64,000 nt of DNA from Oikopleura dioica (lineage: Eukaryota; Animalia; Chordata). A model generated the notes under the pieces. That model was not told the DNA's origin. It made no database searches and saw nothing but the letters and a program-made list of their open reading frames with translations. Shown here in pieces: positions 51,349-64,000 of this stretch. The stretch is from NCBI GenBank assembly GCA_907165135.1, contig OU015567.1:9362001-9426000 (forward strand). The letters are read 5' to 3'. Within the stretch, counting starts at the first letter, position 1, and the number at the start of each line of letters is the position of its first letter. A program made the position numbers and the translations under genes.

Positions 51349-53008
51349 CTACTTTTGCCCAAAAAGGTTTTCAGCGTCCCTCTTGGAAACATACCAACAC
51401 TGGTCATTCCACGCATGGTGTTGAAACTTCGCTCCTACCATCTTACCATTATAGTAAAGGAGCCCTCTATTTTCCTTTAGCTTCTGTACTTGATAAGAAT
51501 TTGGTTTGATGAGCGTGCCTAAAATGCCTTTCGCCTCGCCAGAAATACCCTCCGGGTCGACTATTCTTATATTCACATTTCTGTGTTTTTCAACAAATTG
51601 AATTTCTAAGCTCGGCCCAGACTCGATTTTAATCGTTGCTCTTCGGCCTCCATGTGGCATTTTTCGGATTTTTCCAACAATGAGGTCGCCGAATTGAGTT
51701 GTTACTTGCTCATCAGATAATTTTGGAACTGCTTGGCCTCTGCGGAGTGTATGCGTGTTATACCTGAAGCCGTCAATATTGATATCAACGAAGATTTTAA
51801 ATGGAGTGATGAGTCTAAAAGAGGAAAAATAGACTTTTCCCTGCCCTTTGGGAGTGAATAGCTCTCCTTCGATAGAAAGTCCTGTAAGAGAATCCTCAAG
51901 AAGGAGCATTCCAGTGAGTGGCTCTCCGTCAAGGTCAAAGCAAAGATCAGGCTGGTTTGCTGATCTACCAGAAATGTGAAAATGAGGATCTTCGTAAGCA
52001 CTGGCAAAAGCTTTCTCGGCAAGCTCATTCCAGTTCTCCGGGAGGTGATCGTTTTCGCCGATCGGAACACAAATCCCGTCAACAGTCGTTTGGAACCCTT
52101 CATCACATTTACACGTGAATCCAGTGCAGTCATCCACACATGTAGAGTGCTGAGGACATTGCTGAGTAAGGCACTGGTTCTCGTCGCAGCATTCGAATGG
52201 GTCAGTGGAGTTCACTCGTGGACCGAAATTTTCCTGTGATGATTGGAAAGATAGAATTCATCTGAATGCTCTAGCATTCTACTAGTGAAAGTGGTTGCTA
52301 AGGAAACTGGAACAGTGAGCCGTTCTTATTTTCACGCGAGCGCATATCTTTCAAAAAAATGGCAGAGAAAGCTCAAAAAGAAGCGAAGGTCTATAACCAG
52401 GTAAGATGATCCTCAATTTTATGATTACGATTTTAAGGTGCACCAAAACTCGATTCTTGAAGAATTGGTGACCAAAGAAAAGAGATACGCGAAACTCAAT
52501 AAAGTCTGTAACCCAAATCCTACCAAGAAATACTTTGACGGGGCAGAAAAACCAAACTCATTCGCCAGAAATGATCCTGCAGACAATACGTTTTTCGGTA
52601 ATTGTTTTTAGTGAAGAACAACTTGAAAATATTTTTGTAGAAAAAGCAAAGGTAGCATTTGGTTCACCTCAAGAGAGATATGGAGATGCGCCTGTGACCG
52701 TAAATCAAGAATATGGCTGGGTGCATACGCGGTTAGAAATCAACGCTCCGGATTACGAATATGCTCTATACAAACCAAAGTGCGCTACTGAAATGACTCG
52801 CCGAGGCTACATCAAACGCTGAATAAAAATGACTTTCCAACCATTCCTTACACTCACAAGAATATCCAACGCATTTGTCTCTACAAACGTAATTTGTGCT
52901 CGGACAGGGGCCAAGTGGGTTCTCGGGTGTTATCTTGCATTGATCCTCGTCGCAGATCGAGATTTGCGAAAAAGAGGAAGAAAAGAGAGCAAAGTTCAGA
53001 AACTTCAT
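51349..53008 (-). CDS. Secreted protein: two EGF-like modules plus ITI heavy-chain C-terminal-like domain
   Basis: Signal peptide at 53008; EGF ..CVGYSCECK|ENF joined by an inferred GA-AG intron (52234-52846); second EGF CPQHSTCVDDCTGFTCKCDEGF; DPHFHI..DLCFDLDG..LLEDSLTGLSIEGEL..YF resembles ITI_HC_C. Confidence 0.7.
52359..52822 (+). CDS. CFAP144: FAM183/CFAP144 ciliary protein, nested antisense
   Basis: VHQNSILEELVTKEKRYAKL and NQEYGW resemble FAM183A VHQNQILRELYLKELR and NQEIGW; GT-AG intron after exon 1; AATAAA at the stop. Confidence 0.75.
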
Positions 53009-53223
53009 CGATTCTGGCAACGTGTCGAATGGAAAGGCTCGATTTTGAGTTTCGATTGAAGAATGAGCCGTGGAATTACGAATTAGCTAATTCCAGAGAT
53101 AAAGACGATAGGAACAATTAGAAAACTAGATGAAGAGGGTAAAACAAATTCTCGATTTTCCGCTGATTTGGTCGGACAAGCGAGGGGCTTCCTAATTCTG
53201 TTAAGCAGTTCTGTATTGTTTTA

Positions 53224-53820
53224 TTAGAATCCTTTGTCGTATAAGAAATCGCGAATGAAATCAGAATATTTGCCAGTTACAGTTATCCTAGCTTCTGGCT
53301 CGTCGGCTTGACCAGCTACAGGCTCGCCCGAAATTTCTTCCAAATAAGCACAGATCTCGTTTCTAATAATAAGTCAAAGCGAACAGAAGCAGGAGTACCT
53401 TAATTGAAAAATATCGCCACTGCAGTTATACAAGTGAGTAACAGGCATATCATCTGATGGGTTTCTTCTTCGCAGAGCAATATCGTGTTTGTCTTGATAC
53501 CTATTATCGTAGTTCAAGTCGAAGAATTCAGTGGAACGCTCTTCTTCGACCAAATCAAGCTCGTGGAATCGATTTCTACGAAATTTCGATGATAAATTGG
53601 AGGATAAAAAGTTGAAGTACCTTTCAACGAAATATGGATAGTCGAAGGTCTGAAGATCAGGAGAAGGCGGCTGCCATCCTGTAGGAGTTGGGAACTTCTG
53701 GTTCATGTCTGGAGTTGGGATCTGAATTGGAGGCAGAATATCTTCGACGAATTTCCATGGGTTAATGTTTTTAACTTGGGCGCTACTCGCCAATTTTCTG
53801 ATATTCGAAGCTCGTAACAT
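53224..53820 (-). CDS. MRPL49: Mitochondrial ribosomal protein mL49
   Basis: WKFVEDILPP..FPTPTGWQPP..PYFVER..GDIFQL..FLYDKGF*. Confidence 0.9.
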
Positions 53821-53911
53821 GTCTCTATTTTCTAAAAACAACTCTTTACGAGACCCTTTGAGAAGATAAATGAATCAATTTGAAAGAAGTAAGCTGAACT
53901 GACGGATTGCA

Positions 53912-56188
53912 TCACAATTTTACAGTTGGAAAATTTCTATTCTTGAGCCAGACGTTCAATTTCCGCTTGTGCTTTTCTGAATTGAAGTGAGAATTCCTCG
54001 ACGAGGCGTTGTTTTGAAAGCTCTTTGAGCAAATGTCGCATTTGTCCTTTGTAATGGAATTTACAAGTGCCTTGGCTGCATTTCTAAAATTTTGTAAGCA
54101 CAGAGTTTTAGTATTGGGCGCTTACGGGTCAATATCATCTGGTACAAAGCGCGCTCTCTCGCTCGGTGTCGGTCCTGAAGGTAGACTAGGATCTTGTGGG
54201 CCGATTAAAGGGTTCGTTTTTTCTGATCCCGCTTTTACGAAGTTCCAATTCAAGGGTGCCTGCCGCTTGCGCATCGCAAGTCCGTCAGATTGACTCTTCG
54301 ATTGTTTTCCGGCAATCGCCACACTTGAATAATCAGAAGCGAAAGGGAAACAACGGGTTTTTACCTTGAATCAACTTGATTGCCAGAAAAATTCGAAACT
54401 TGATTGGTGTGGCCCTTTTTACTCGTCCAAGTTAGAATATCTGTTCGATTGATGACGCTCTGCTGATGGTAGCCCATGTCAGGAAGGGCAGACATTGGAG
54501 GTGGAATCATTGCGTTGCCTCCTTTTGGAACTGGCTGAGCAGCGATGATCTTTTGAGCTTCTTTTTTGACTTTCTTTTCGACGAAGCCAATTACTGTGTC
54601 TTCTTTAGCCGCCATCTAAATTACTTGTCAGTTTTAAAAACAATGACTATTTCACCTTTTTCTTTTCTTCCGTTTCAAGCTTCTCCAGCAGCATCAGAGC
54701 TTTCTTTCTCGCAGACTCAACTCTCAACTTTTCCATCAGTTCCATGTCGCAATCCAGAACACCGTGTGCCCCTCTTTCCCAGGATCTTCGCCCAGACAGA
54801 GCTTCCTTTCTTACTCCATTTATACATTCGAACCAATGTTCAGAAGCGTGAAAGTGCCAGGCGGGTTTAGCGCGCATTTCTCTGTCGAGAATGAGGTCTT
54901 CGTCGTCTGGTTGATCAGGTTCGTCTTCAATTTGTCCGTAGAGACCAGGAGGGCGATGAGGATCATTTCTCGCCATTTCTATCCATTCTCCGTCGGGCCC
55001 TCGTACCGTTCGGCAAGGGATTTCATCTGAATAACAAGGTAATTATGTGATCAGTATCACTTTGATAAACCAAAAATTGAAAAATGGTTCGACGAGTTCA
55101 TAGGCTCAATTAAATCATAAACTGATGAAAGATAGTTGAAATAAATATCCCTTAGTATACTACTAGTGTCTACCTTTCTTTGGAGCTTTCGCGAGTGGCT
55201 CTGGAAAGGTCAAACTTCCAGCCACTGGCGCCGTAAGCTCTCGATACTTGTAAGTCATCTTCCAATCAATCTTTTCCTCTCTTTGAGGTTTCTTTCTCTT
55301 CTCCCACCTCATCGGAGCGCCTCGAATCGACTCATTTTGAGGCGCATAAGCGCCAACGCCAAGAATCTTCTGCTCCAACAGCTGCTGCCGGCGAACTTCT
55401 TGTTGTCGGGTTCAATTTGGGCATTTTCTAAAATGCGCTAATCAGAACATGATCTTCTCAGAATTCAAGAAGATCATGTTCTCACACGCTTATTTACTGA
55501 TCTACTGCTCAAATCTCTCGAAATTATTTCAATTATTTTTGGCGAAGCTGGACTTGAGCAGTAAGAGAGGCTTTTCTTACTTCAAATGAATTGAAAGTGA
55601 TTTGAACCAAGGGGGCCCTTTTTGCGCGACGAAGGGAACGTTTGTGATTCCAGTAGTTTCATCTCGCTCTGTAGGGATGTAGGTCAGGGCGAGATTAGTT
55701 AGAGGACGGTCTTGAGCTAGCCGAGCCGGGTCTGGAACGTTTGATTTGTCGTAGATTGGCTAGAAAACTTGATAGAAGCTAGTGAAATCATCAAAGCCGA
55801 CCTTTTGCTCGTATCCAGTGAGCTTTTTATTTATTTTCGCCGCTTTCTCCGCCGCCGCAATAAGACTTTTCTGGTGCTCCGAAAGTTCTTTTTCCTTTTG
55901 CAAATCTTCATCAGTCTTTCTCGACCAACCAGAAGATTCAGCTTCAATGATCTTTCTGCTCTTCTCCATCTCCGGCTCAAGAAAACGAGGATAATTATAA
56001 GAAGGCGGGAGTGGGATATCTTCTTTTTCTGGTGGCGGTGGAGGTGGAGCGGGAGCATGTTGGGCCATCGCTCCTGCTCCGTAGCCATAGCCAGGGCCGA
56101 GGTTAGGCGTAGGGCCAGGATCAGCTTGGCGAGTGTTGGAAGATGGATAGCTTCCAGTTGGTTGTGCAGGGTTGTATTGGCTCATCAT
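53912..56188 (-). CDS. Pro-rich protein with C-terminal U1/matrin-type C2H2 zinc finger
   Basis: Exon chain with matching phases (e.g. KK|DEIPC); last exon CDICSKSFQNNASSRNSHFNSEKH. Confidence 0.55.
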
Positions 56189-56630
56189 AGTCGACCTGAA
56201 TTAGCGTGGATTACTTGTTTGATTTATGGATGACTCAAAAAAATGGCGAAATTATGTAAAACGGCACTTTTTCTCCTTAAAAACAAGCATTTTCGGCATA
56301 AAATTCAAGACTAGAGTGAGAAAGAATCCAATAACTGTACTTACATAACACCCATGGCTGCCATAAAATTTTGCATCATATTATTTTCGTCCATTTTCTT
56401 ATCTTCTTATCAAAATTCACAGGCCTCAATTCGTAAAAAGCCCACTTCGTTTTTCAAGCGAAATCTCTTCTTTTTTTCGGCGCCAATTATTTTCGCGCTT
56501 TCCACAGTCCTCCGCCAATAGTGTCGCGCAGAGAATCCCAATTACTGACGCTTCTCTAGAACGCGTTACAGTTGTTATTCGGCCAATAATTCCATCAATT
56601 AGAAATAATAGACAAGGGATTCGAGCCAAA

Positions 56631-59279
56631 ATGGACACTCCGAGGCGAATTACAAGATCTCTATCGAGGCAGTCGTTGGATTGCACGGCCAGGTTACTTT
56701 TTTACTTGTTCTTAGACAAACGGGAGGCTTTGATTGTATTTTATATTTTAACAGATGGAGAGAAACAGGTATTTTCATCCCGTTAACTTTTCAAGCAATC
56801 AATTTTGGTTTGGTACAGAAAATGACCTCACAATATTTCGGCAATCTGCCGAAACATTTATCCATACTACCCTAACTTTAGCAGTGAGCCAAAGACTATT
56901 TGTACCCTATTTTAGAATCGAAGAGTTAGATACCTTAGCATCTGCATGTGCTTTGATTCAAAAATTTTGAACATCATATATATGTAGATATCGACGTTCG
57001 TTGATATATGTATTCTGGTGTTTTATTCCGAGTACTTTCGTCCATAAGGACATCATCAGGGCAAAGAAAACAGTAAAATAGAGGAAAATTAAAAGGTGCT
57101 TACTGAGAAAGGCGCATGGCCAGACTTATTTGAAAATAAAATAACAGTCGAAAACAAGACGAAAACAGCACCAAGTTCACGCAAGTTTTGCAGTTATGGG
57201 GCGATTCGCTGGCTCCCTTTGCACCTGCAAAACTTGCGTGAACTTGGTGTTGTTTTTGTCTTGTTTCCGACCGTTATTTTATTTCAAATCAGTCTGGCCA
57301 TGCGCCTCTCTAAGTAAGCACCTTTTAATTTTTCTCTATTTTACGAAGAGGATGATGTCCTTATGGACGAAAGTACTCGGAATAAAAGACCAGAATACAT
57401 ATAATTTTGAACATTTTTAATAAAGGTTCCGTTTCAGATCTGAGATAACATATGTAACCGACACATTATCCCGGAAGCGGAAGAACCGTAACAAGCAACA
57501 ACAAGATACAGTCTTCAACGATACAGTGAGTTGCTTCGAATTCGGCGACAATGCGATCAGACGAAATATGCGACAAATGCCGGCGATTCCAGACGCTAGT
57601 CCAGAGCAGCAGATATTCGAGCCGTTCGATTTGCCTTTGAGAAATAATAGAAAAAAAGAAGAACCGGTGGAGTTATGCCAGGCGCCTTTTCCGTCGGCTA
57701 GACCTCAGAATCAGGAAAATAATAATGCTGACTTGTGAGTTTTAATTAATCAATTCTATCTGATGTTCTTTTAGGTCCGAAAAAGACTCACAAGATGAAC
57801 CTGTAGATACTCAAGAAGAAATAGAAAAAAATCACCTCAGAAAAATCTCCGAAATCATCACGAATATGTACAGAATAGGAAAATACATCATCGACTCGAA
57901 ATGGTTCTCGCACGCAATTACAGTCATTCTTCTGCTCTTAGGTAAGCTTTTCTTCCAATCTTTGATTTAAAATAATTCTAGCCGTGCAATATATAAATAA
58001 CTCGGAAAAAAAGATCATACAGTCAGAGCCAGCGCATGTCTCGGATAGAATCAAAGACACAAATGATCCGGACATGAACTTTTGATCTTCCAGCAGTCGA
58101 GGATGGAAAAGGAAATCAACAACCTCCGTCATGAGCTTGGTAAGTTCTCTTCCTTGATTTCACCGCTCATTATTTTTATTAAGAAAGTTATGCGATAAAG
58201 TCAAAAGAAAGTTACTCAATGGAGCTCAAGAACTGCTTGAAAGTTGCCTCGGACATTCGCACTGAGATGGGAGCACATGTGCTCTCGCTTGAAGATAAAC
58301 TTCGCCAAACTCAGGTAGAAACCCCTTTCCTCATCAAATCCAACCGTTGTCTTTAGTCAGAACTAAGTTTGTATGTTGGCAGGCTACAACAAGATGTGAA
58401 GGAACTTCTCAACTTCAAGAACGACACTGCGCAAAGCGTCAAGATCAGATTTGATCATTGGATCAAAGATGAATACAAATCAGACGAGTTCAAGGCTGTC
58501 GTTGGTAAGAAAAGCCTTCTTTACGTTTGCAATGATTTACATTTTCAGAGGAGCAGATTGATAGAAAAACAAAGAAAGGATCGATCTTTGACTCATTGGG
58601 CTCTTTTGGATCTTCTGCCAAGTTGGAGGATGTCGAAGCATTGATTTCTGCAAAACTTAGACGTAAAAATTCAGCTTGAAATTCTGAATGAAATTGTTCT
58701 AGAGTACCACGAGGATAAAACGGGCCAAATGGACTTCGCCCTTTCATCTAACGGTGGTTCTATCCTTGAGCATCGATGCACAGCTTCAAAGCATGACCAC
58801 AGTCGCTATTGGAGGATCCTTGGCCTTTCAGTGATGCACTTCCATAATCAGCCAACTCGAGCGATAGAAGACGACACTTCTCCAGGGAACTGTTGGGCCT
58901 TCGACGGAGCAAGAGGGCACTTGACCATCAAACTGGGCAAACCAGTAATGGTTACTTCCATCACAGTCGAACACATTCCCACGAATCTCAGTCCTACCGG
59001 GAGCATCTCTGCACCACGAGCATTTACGGTATCGGCGATGAACAACGAAAACGATCTCGTCGGACATGAACTTGGCCAGTGGGAATACAACATCAACGAC
59101 CATCCGATTCAGACCTTCAATGTGATGAGAAAGATGCATTTCCCTTCAGGAATCATAGGTAAAAATTGCTCGGAAATTGTCTCTCAAAAACATTATCAGA
59201 CTTTCGTTTCGAGTCCAACTGGGGAGGAAGCTACACCTGTATCTACCGAGTTCGTGTCCATGGTGATCCGTTCGACTAA
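56631..59279 (+). CDS. SUN-domain inner nuclear membrane protein
   Basis: N-terminal MDTPRRITRSLSR, TM and coiled-coil exons, SUN domain DFALSSNGGSI..PGNCWAF..ITVEHIP..SAPRAF..SNWGGSYTCIYRVRVHG. Confidence 0.9.
57005..57403. repeat. ~400-bp imperfect palindrome (MITE-like) in a SUN gene intron
   Basis: Arms ~57005-57193 and ~57225-57403 with a 31-nt loop; TATA-like termini. Confidence 0.85.
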
Positions 59280-59749
59280 ATTCTTCCAGCACTTTTCATT
59301 CCACTCGCTTCACATTTCACTCTGCCATTTATTCACTGATAATATATTTATTTTCACAACTGATCCAGTTTAACATTTGTGTTACCCGCTGAAAGGTCAC
59401 AAATGTTCATTTGACCTCTGATCGGGGCCGTCAAAAGATTGTTTGAATCCATTGATTTTTGGACTTTTGCGAGATGATCCGCGCGTCAAGAAGTCCAGGG
59501 TGGTAGGTCGTTGGCCGGTGCTGTACGGACGGCCAGGGCTCGACGCTTCTTTGCTTATTGGCCCAACGTGGGAATTGTCCACCCTCTTTCTACCACACCA
59601 CTCACGTGAGCAGTCAAAGCGGCCACCAACCACACCAGCGGCTCATTCACTCGAATTGAACTTGGAATTTTAGACTCAAAATAAAGAGAAAGTTTGCTGC
59701 AAACGCAAAGCGTAGAAATAGTGAGAGATTGTTTGAAACAGATTTGATA

Positions 59750-61253
59750 ATGAGCGAAGTTGTCTGTAAAGAAGAGTCAGCATCCGAAGAAGACACAGAA
59801 GAATTTCTTATCAAAAGTAAGTCACCGCTGTTTATTTTCATAATTTCAGAAAAGCTCTGTCTTGCTTTTTCATCCACGTAACTTGATATTTTTATAGATG
59901 AATCTTCTCAAATGATGTGCATGGAAAATGATAGTAATTACCAAGAAAACGTCGAGTTTCACGTCAACAACTCGAATCCCGAAAGTGTTACGATCATCGA
60001 AACACCTTACAACGAGTTCGATGATAAGAATAAGGCCTCTGGAAAAGGCTTTGCATTGGGAAGCATTTCGGAGAAGATTGTGCCTTGGCTTCAAAGTCGC
60101 TACGACATTAAAGAAGGTGGCAAGACGGCGATCCAAGAAATCATCACTTTATACAATCACGATTTTCCACGCGACTGCGTTTACTTTCCTCTCGAGTCTT
60201 TTCAAGTTGGCCAGCTAGTTCGACAAGCCTTTCCTGAAATCAGCCTCTGCAAGGTGACATGCAAAGAGTCCAAGAAACGGTATCGTTGCTACAAAGGACT
60301 GACGCGAAAAGAACCAGAAAACGGTCCTCCCCCGATTTTCCCCTACGAGCCACCAAAAGTTCAAAAACGAAAGTCAAAGACGGTTCCTCAAAATCCCCCG
60401 AAAGGTTGATTCCAACTGTTTACCTTTTTTTAATTCAATTTAGTTATTTTCATGCAAGTGGCTGGACTGACTGGCAGTCAAATCGCCTCTTGTAAAATTA
60501 AACTTCCAAATCCTTCCCGTCCATCAAGTTCATCAACAATTACGCCTTTACAACACCTTCGAGAACCTCTTCGAGTCCAGTCACCGAAGCAAGATGCAGC
60601 CATTACTCTCAGTTCTGCGTCATCTTCCCCGAGTTCTTCATTACACTCGCCTCGGGCACCTTCGAATCTCACAAAGAGGGAGATGCCAAATCCATATTTC
60701 GTGCCTTTTAGCAAGCCACATAATGAACCACAAACTGAAGGAAAGGGTCTTGGAAATACATTTTATCCTCTATGTTTTCGACTTTCTCGTGCTAAGACCC
60801 AAAAAGCTCAAGAACCATTAGCAAAGAAAACCTGCAAGCTCGAGCTTGTCCGACTTTCATCCGAAAAATCAGCTGAGAGTATCTCCTCGCATCAGCAAGA
60901 GATGCTCTCCGAATTACCAACAATGGTTGCTTCCCAGCCAAGTAAGCAATTAACTTGAACCCAGAATTTTAATCGGCGGGGCTAAAGACATCAGCTTGAT
61001 AAAAATATTTACCCTAGCGTCTTCCGCTTCGAAGAGAAAGCTTGAAATAGGAAAACTCCACGTGACGCAATCGTTGGATTATATTGAAAGACAGGCATAT
61101 GCTCAAGAAGACTTTCAGGTACTGTAGTCCACTAAAATTTCTGTACTTAGAGCTGATTGGAACTTTATTGTTTATACTTATGTTCTTTAGGAAATTGAAG
61201 ACTTCATCCTTGAAAGACTAGATCAAATACGCTCCAAACAGTTCGGATTATAA
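59750..61253 (+). CDS. Protein with divergent RFX-type winged-helix domain
   Basis: WLQSRYDIKEG..IITLY..VGQLVRQAFPEI..YRCYKGLTRK follows the RFX-type wHTH pattern; Ser/Pro-rich middle. Confidence 0.6.
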
Positions 61254-63578
61254 TCAAAAGTTTTCACTGCCGTAAAAGTTCCATAGCATAAATAAATAAT
61301 TTCATTTGAACCTCCTTCGTCTTCTGTCAAGGCAAATCAATTTACTCTCAGCAAGATACCGTCTCTAGGATACAGTTGTTCGGTCGATTGAGACAAAAAA
61401 ATAACCTCTAATCCGGAAAGGTCACTCGGGGATCTTGATATTGTATAGATCTCGCTTCCGGACTTTAAAACGCAGATTGATTTTGATTGTTTACGATCAA
61501 GAATGAGCTTCTAAACAATTGTTTAAACCACTAGAGCAACACGTTGGATAAAAATGCGCTGCAGATCCGGTGCATCAAGGACAAAACAATCGCGCAAAAA
61601 CATTTTCAGAGCAATCACACATGCGCTCATCGGGTGCTTATTGTTTACGATGCTCAAATTTTAACTTTAGATATAATTTTTTACTCTGAATCATGATTTA
61701 TTTCTTTGATTTTTACATAAAATTATCAAGGCATAGATCTCTTCTACAGAAAGCATCAGTCATTCTTCGTAAACTGGAGGAGGCGTTACAGACAAATCTT
61801 AACTCATTCTCAAAGTGCGTCCAGCGTAATTCTTTGATACGTACCTTCAAACAATGGAATTCGGTCTTTGAAAGATTGCACTAGGATCACTATGAGTCCA
61901 ATCATCCTGTAACAGGTTAATCAAAGCCGCTCTACTGTAATAAGAAAATGCCAATTTTGATATCAAGGAGGAAATGACTCTCTAAAATTAGCCATACTTC
62001 TTGATTAACCGTGAATAAGGATCCACAAGAGAAAAACAATCGTCACTGCTCCTAGATCTCTGATACACATAACCTCTTGCAAGAACTTGAGTCTTTATTT
62101 CGGGGTTCGTCGAGCGCGTGTCATAATAAATTAGAAAATATATTATGCTTTATTTCAGACGATTTCGCACGTCTCCCGTTCCCAGAGGGCTTCTTTACTT
62201 CAATTTCGATGAAATCAGTCATTGAGTCGAGCGCAACGATTGTTACGATGCCACCAGACGCATTAACTCCGCTTCGAACAACACTCTCGCGCTGACTTCG
62301 ATTTTTGAAAGTCGCATGGCTCGTTTTCCGGCTTCTGAAGTTCATTAGTTGCTAATAAGTTGATGGAACGTACCCTTGTTGAATAGTAGGTTCTTTTCTC
62401 AAAATTCCGACTATACTATCATTTCTCAACATGACTTTAGTATCATTAGCCGTCTTCGACATGACTTTCGCTTATTTTATACTTCTGTAATAGAAAAAAA
62501 AGAATAAAAGTCCATCAAATGGTGCTTTGAAAACAGTCCGGTCCAATCAATTATTAAATTTTCGAGTAGATTTCATCTTGTAATAGTTAATTTTCCATTA
62601 CTGACCCGAATGATAATTGGCTCCCCGAGACGGAGTACGGAATCAAGTGTTTTCGAAACACATTATGCAGCATAATAAATTCGGCTGCTTAAAAATCGGC
62701 GTTTCTACAAAAAATAAGTCGACGAAAAAGTTTTTATTCTATGAAATCATCAGAGCCAAGCTCCGCAATCTCCATCTGCACAATCTGCCATGGAATAAGA
62801 TGAAATTCCATGACCAGTAAAGTCTACTGCAACACCGTAAGAGTCCATTCTTCTTATGGATCTGTTTGAATGCCTCGATCTCAGGCTCCTAAAAAAAAGA
62901 AAATCCGGCTGAGACTTTCTCAAAGTCAAACGTTCTCGTTGAAGGTCGCTTCGTTTCCTCTCTCTTACTCTGAATACAACCCATTTTATGAGTTGATTAT
63001 ATTATTGAAAATCTGAATAAAGAGACGAAAAACATGAAAATCTTCTGCATTTCACTAACGAAAATCGCTAAAATGCCGCAAATATTGATTTATGGCGTCT
63101 TTTTCTTAAGAAAATCATTAATTTTTTCAATTAAAATAATTGATTCTTGGCTTATCCTAATCAGATAGACTGCTCTTTGTCAGAAAAAATCATAGACGCT
63201 CATTGTTTTCTGATCTTCATTGAAGCTTGGCAAGGAAAGTTTGTTTTCAGTCAATAAAAATAATTTGACCAGCATTACACAAGCATTTTAATTCCGCCTC
63301 GCCTCGCGAACAACGTGAATTTATTTAGATCCAGCTCTGATTGTTGATTTTTGAGTTGCACCAAATCGGGCGCTCCGCCACCACCCTCTAGTGGGAATCG
63401 CCGCGACGCGCTGGTACCAGCCCAGACATTTAAAACTGTCTTCAATTTTGAAACAATCACCAAAGCAAGCCCGCCGAGCAAGCAAGAGTTGTTTAGAAGA
63501 AATCCTTTGAAACACATCGATACTTTTATACTTTTCTTGGTTTGACGATAAAAGAGCAAAATACACTAAAAGATCATC

Positions 63579-64000
63579 ATGAAGCTTGGACTTCTTTTCG
63601 CCGCTGTTAACAGCCAGAGATTCGAAAGACCACCACCATCGAACCCCGCCGCTGTTGTGGGGCCAACGAGCACTAAAGTAACTGAAGACGACTTCGTTCT
63701 CGTTCCAGAAGGATACACCGGTGGTTTCCAGGTAAGAATGATAGAAGTAAGCTTACATCAACAAATGAATTAGGACTTCAATGTTACAGGCCTTCTCGCA
63801 GAGAACGCTGATGACGACATCTTCAACGAGTTTGAGAACCTCTTTGCTCAGGTCACCTCTGAGATCAGCCGAAGTTCGTTCACCGATGACCAGAAAAAGA
63901 ACATCAAAAAGGTTGCAGAGATACTTAAGTTTTAGAATCTAACTTGTTGTAGTTCAAATTGGTGAAGAACATGATCTTGTACCTTCAAATGCTCCCAATT
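63579..64000 (+). CDS. 5' part of a probable secreted protein (runs off the window)
   Basis: Signal-like MKLGLLFAAVNS, short GT-AG introns, open exons to the window end. Confidence 0.55.

Noticed and set aside
55444-55482. 15-bp perfect inverted repeat (agaacatgatcttct)
   Set aside because: Isolated intronic hairpin with no TSD or second copy in the window.
61690-63560. Possible minus-strand exons
   Set aside because: No consistent exon chain or recognisable domain could be built.
1-64000. Autonomous transposase, retroelement, rRNA or spliced-leader RNA gene
   Set aside because: No DDE, RT or integrase motifs or rRNA/SL sequences recognised; the mobilising enzymes must be encoded elsewhere.

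Overview
Eukaryotic genomic DNA from a very compact, gene-dense animal genome, most consistent with the larvacean tunicate Oikopleura (inference from ~40-60 nt introns, GA-AG introns, co-oriented genes 30-90 nt apart with an AG acceptor just before the ATG, and chordate-type genes). About 25 spliced protein-coding genes can be reconstructed by eye, including a 3-Ig GPI-anchored adhesion molecule, SPATA17, a SAFB-like protein, cathepsin H, SIAH, an NR1-type nuclear receptor, ETFBKMT, a glycine-receptor-like channel, MRPS35, DNAJC16, ECD, POLA2, FAM183/CFAP144, MRPL49 and a SUN-domain protein, plus one tRNA-Leu(UAA). At least seven non-autonomous inverted-repeat elements are present, six with recognisable target-site duplications. 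Two hAT-type MITEs sit inside coding exons yet have frame-preserving splice routes (introner-like candidates). Other highlights: a cilia gene nested antisense in a GA-AG intron, a 949-bp foldback, and a duplicated channel C-terminus with synonymous-only changes. Exon boundaries are manual and approximate; gene names come from remembered family motifs, not database searches.
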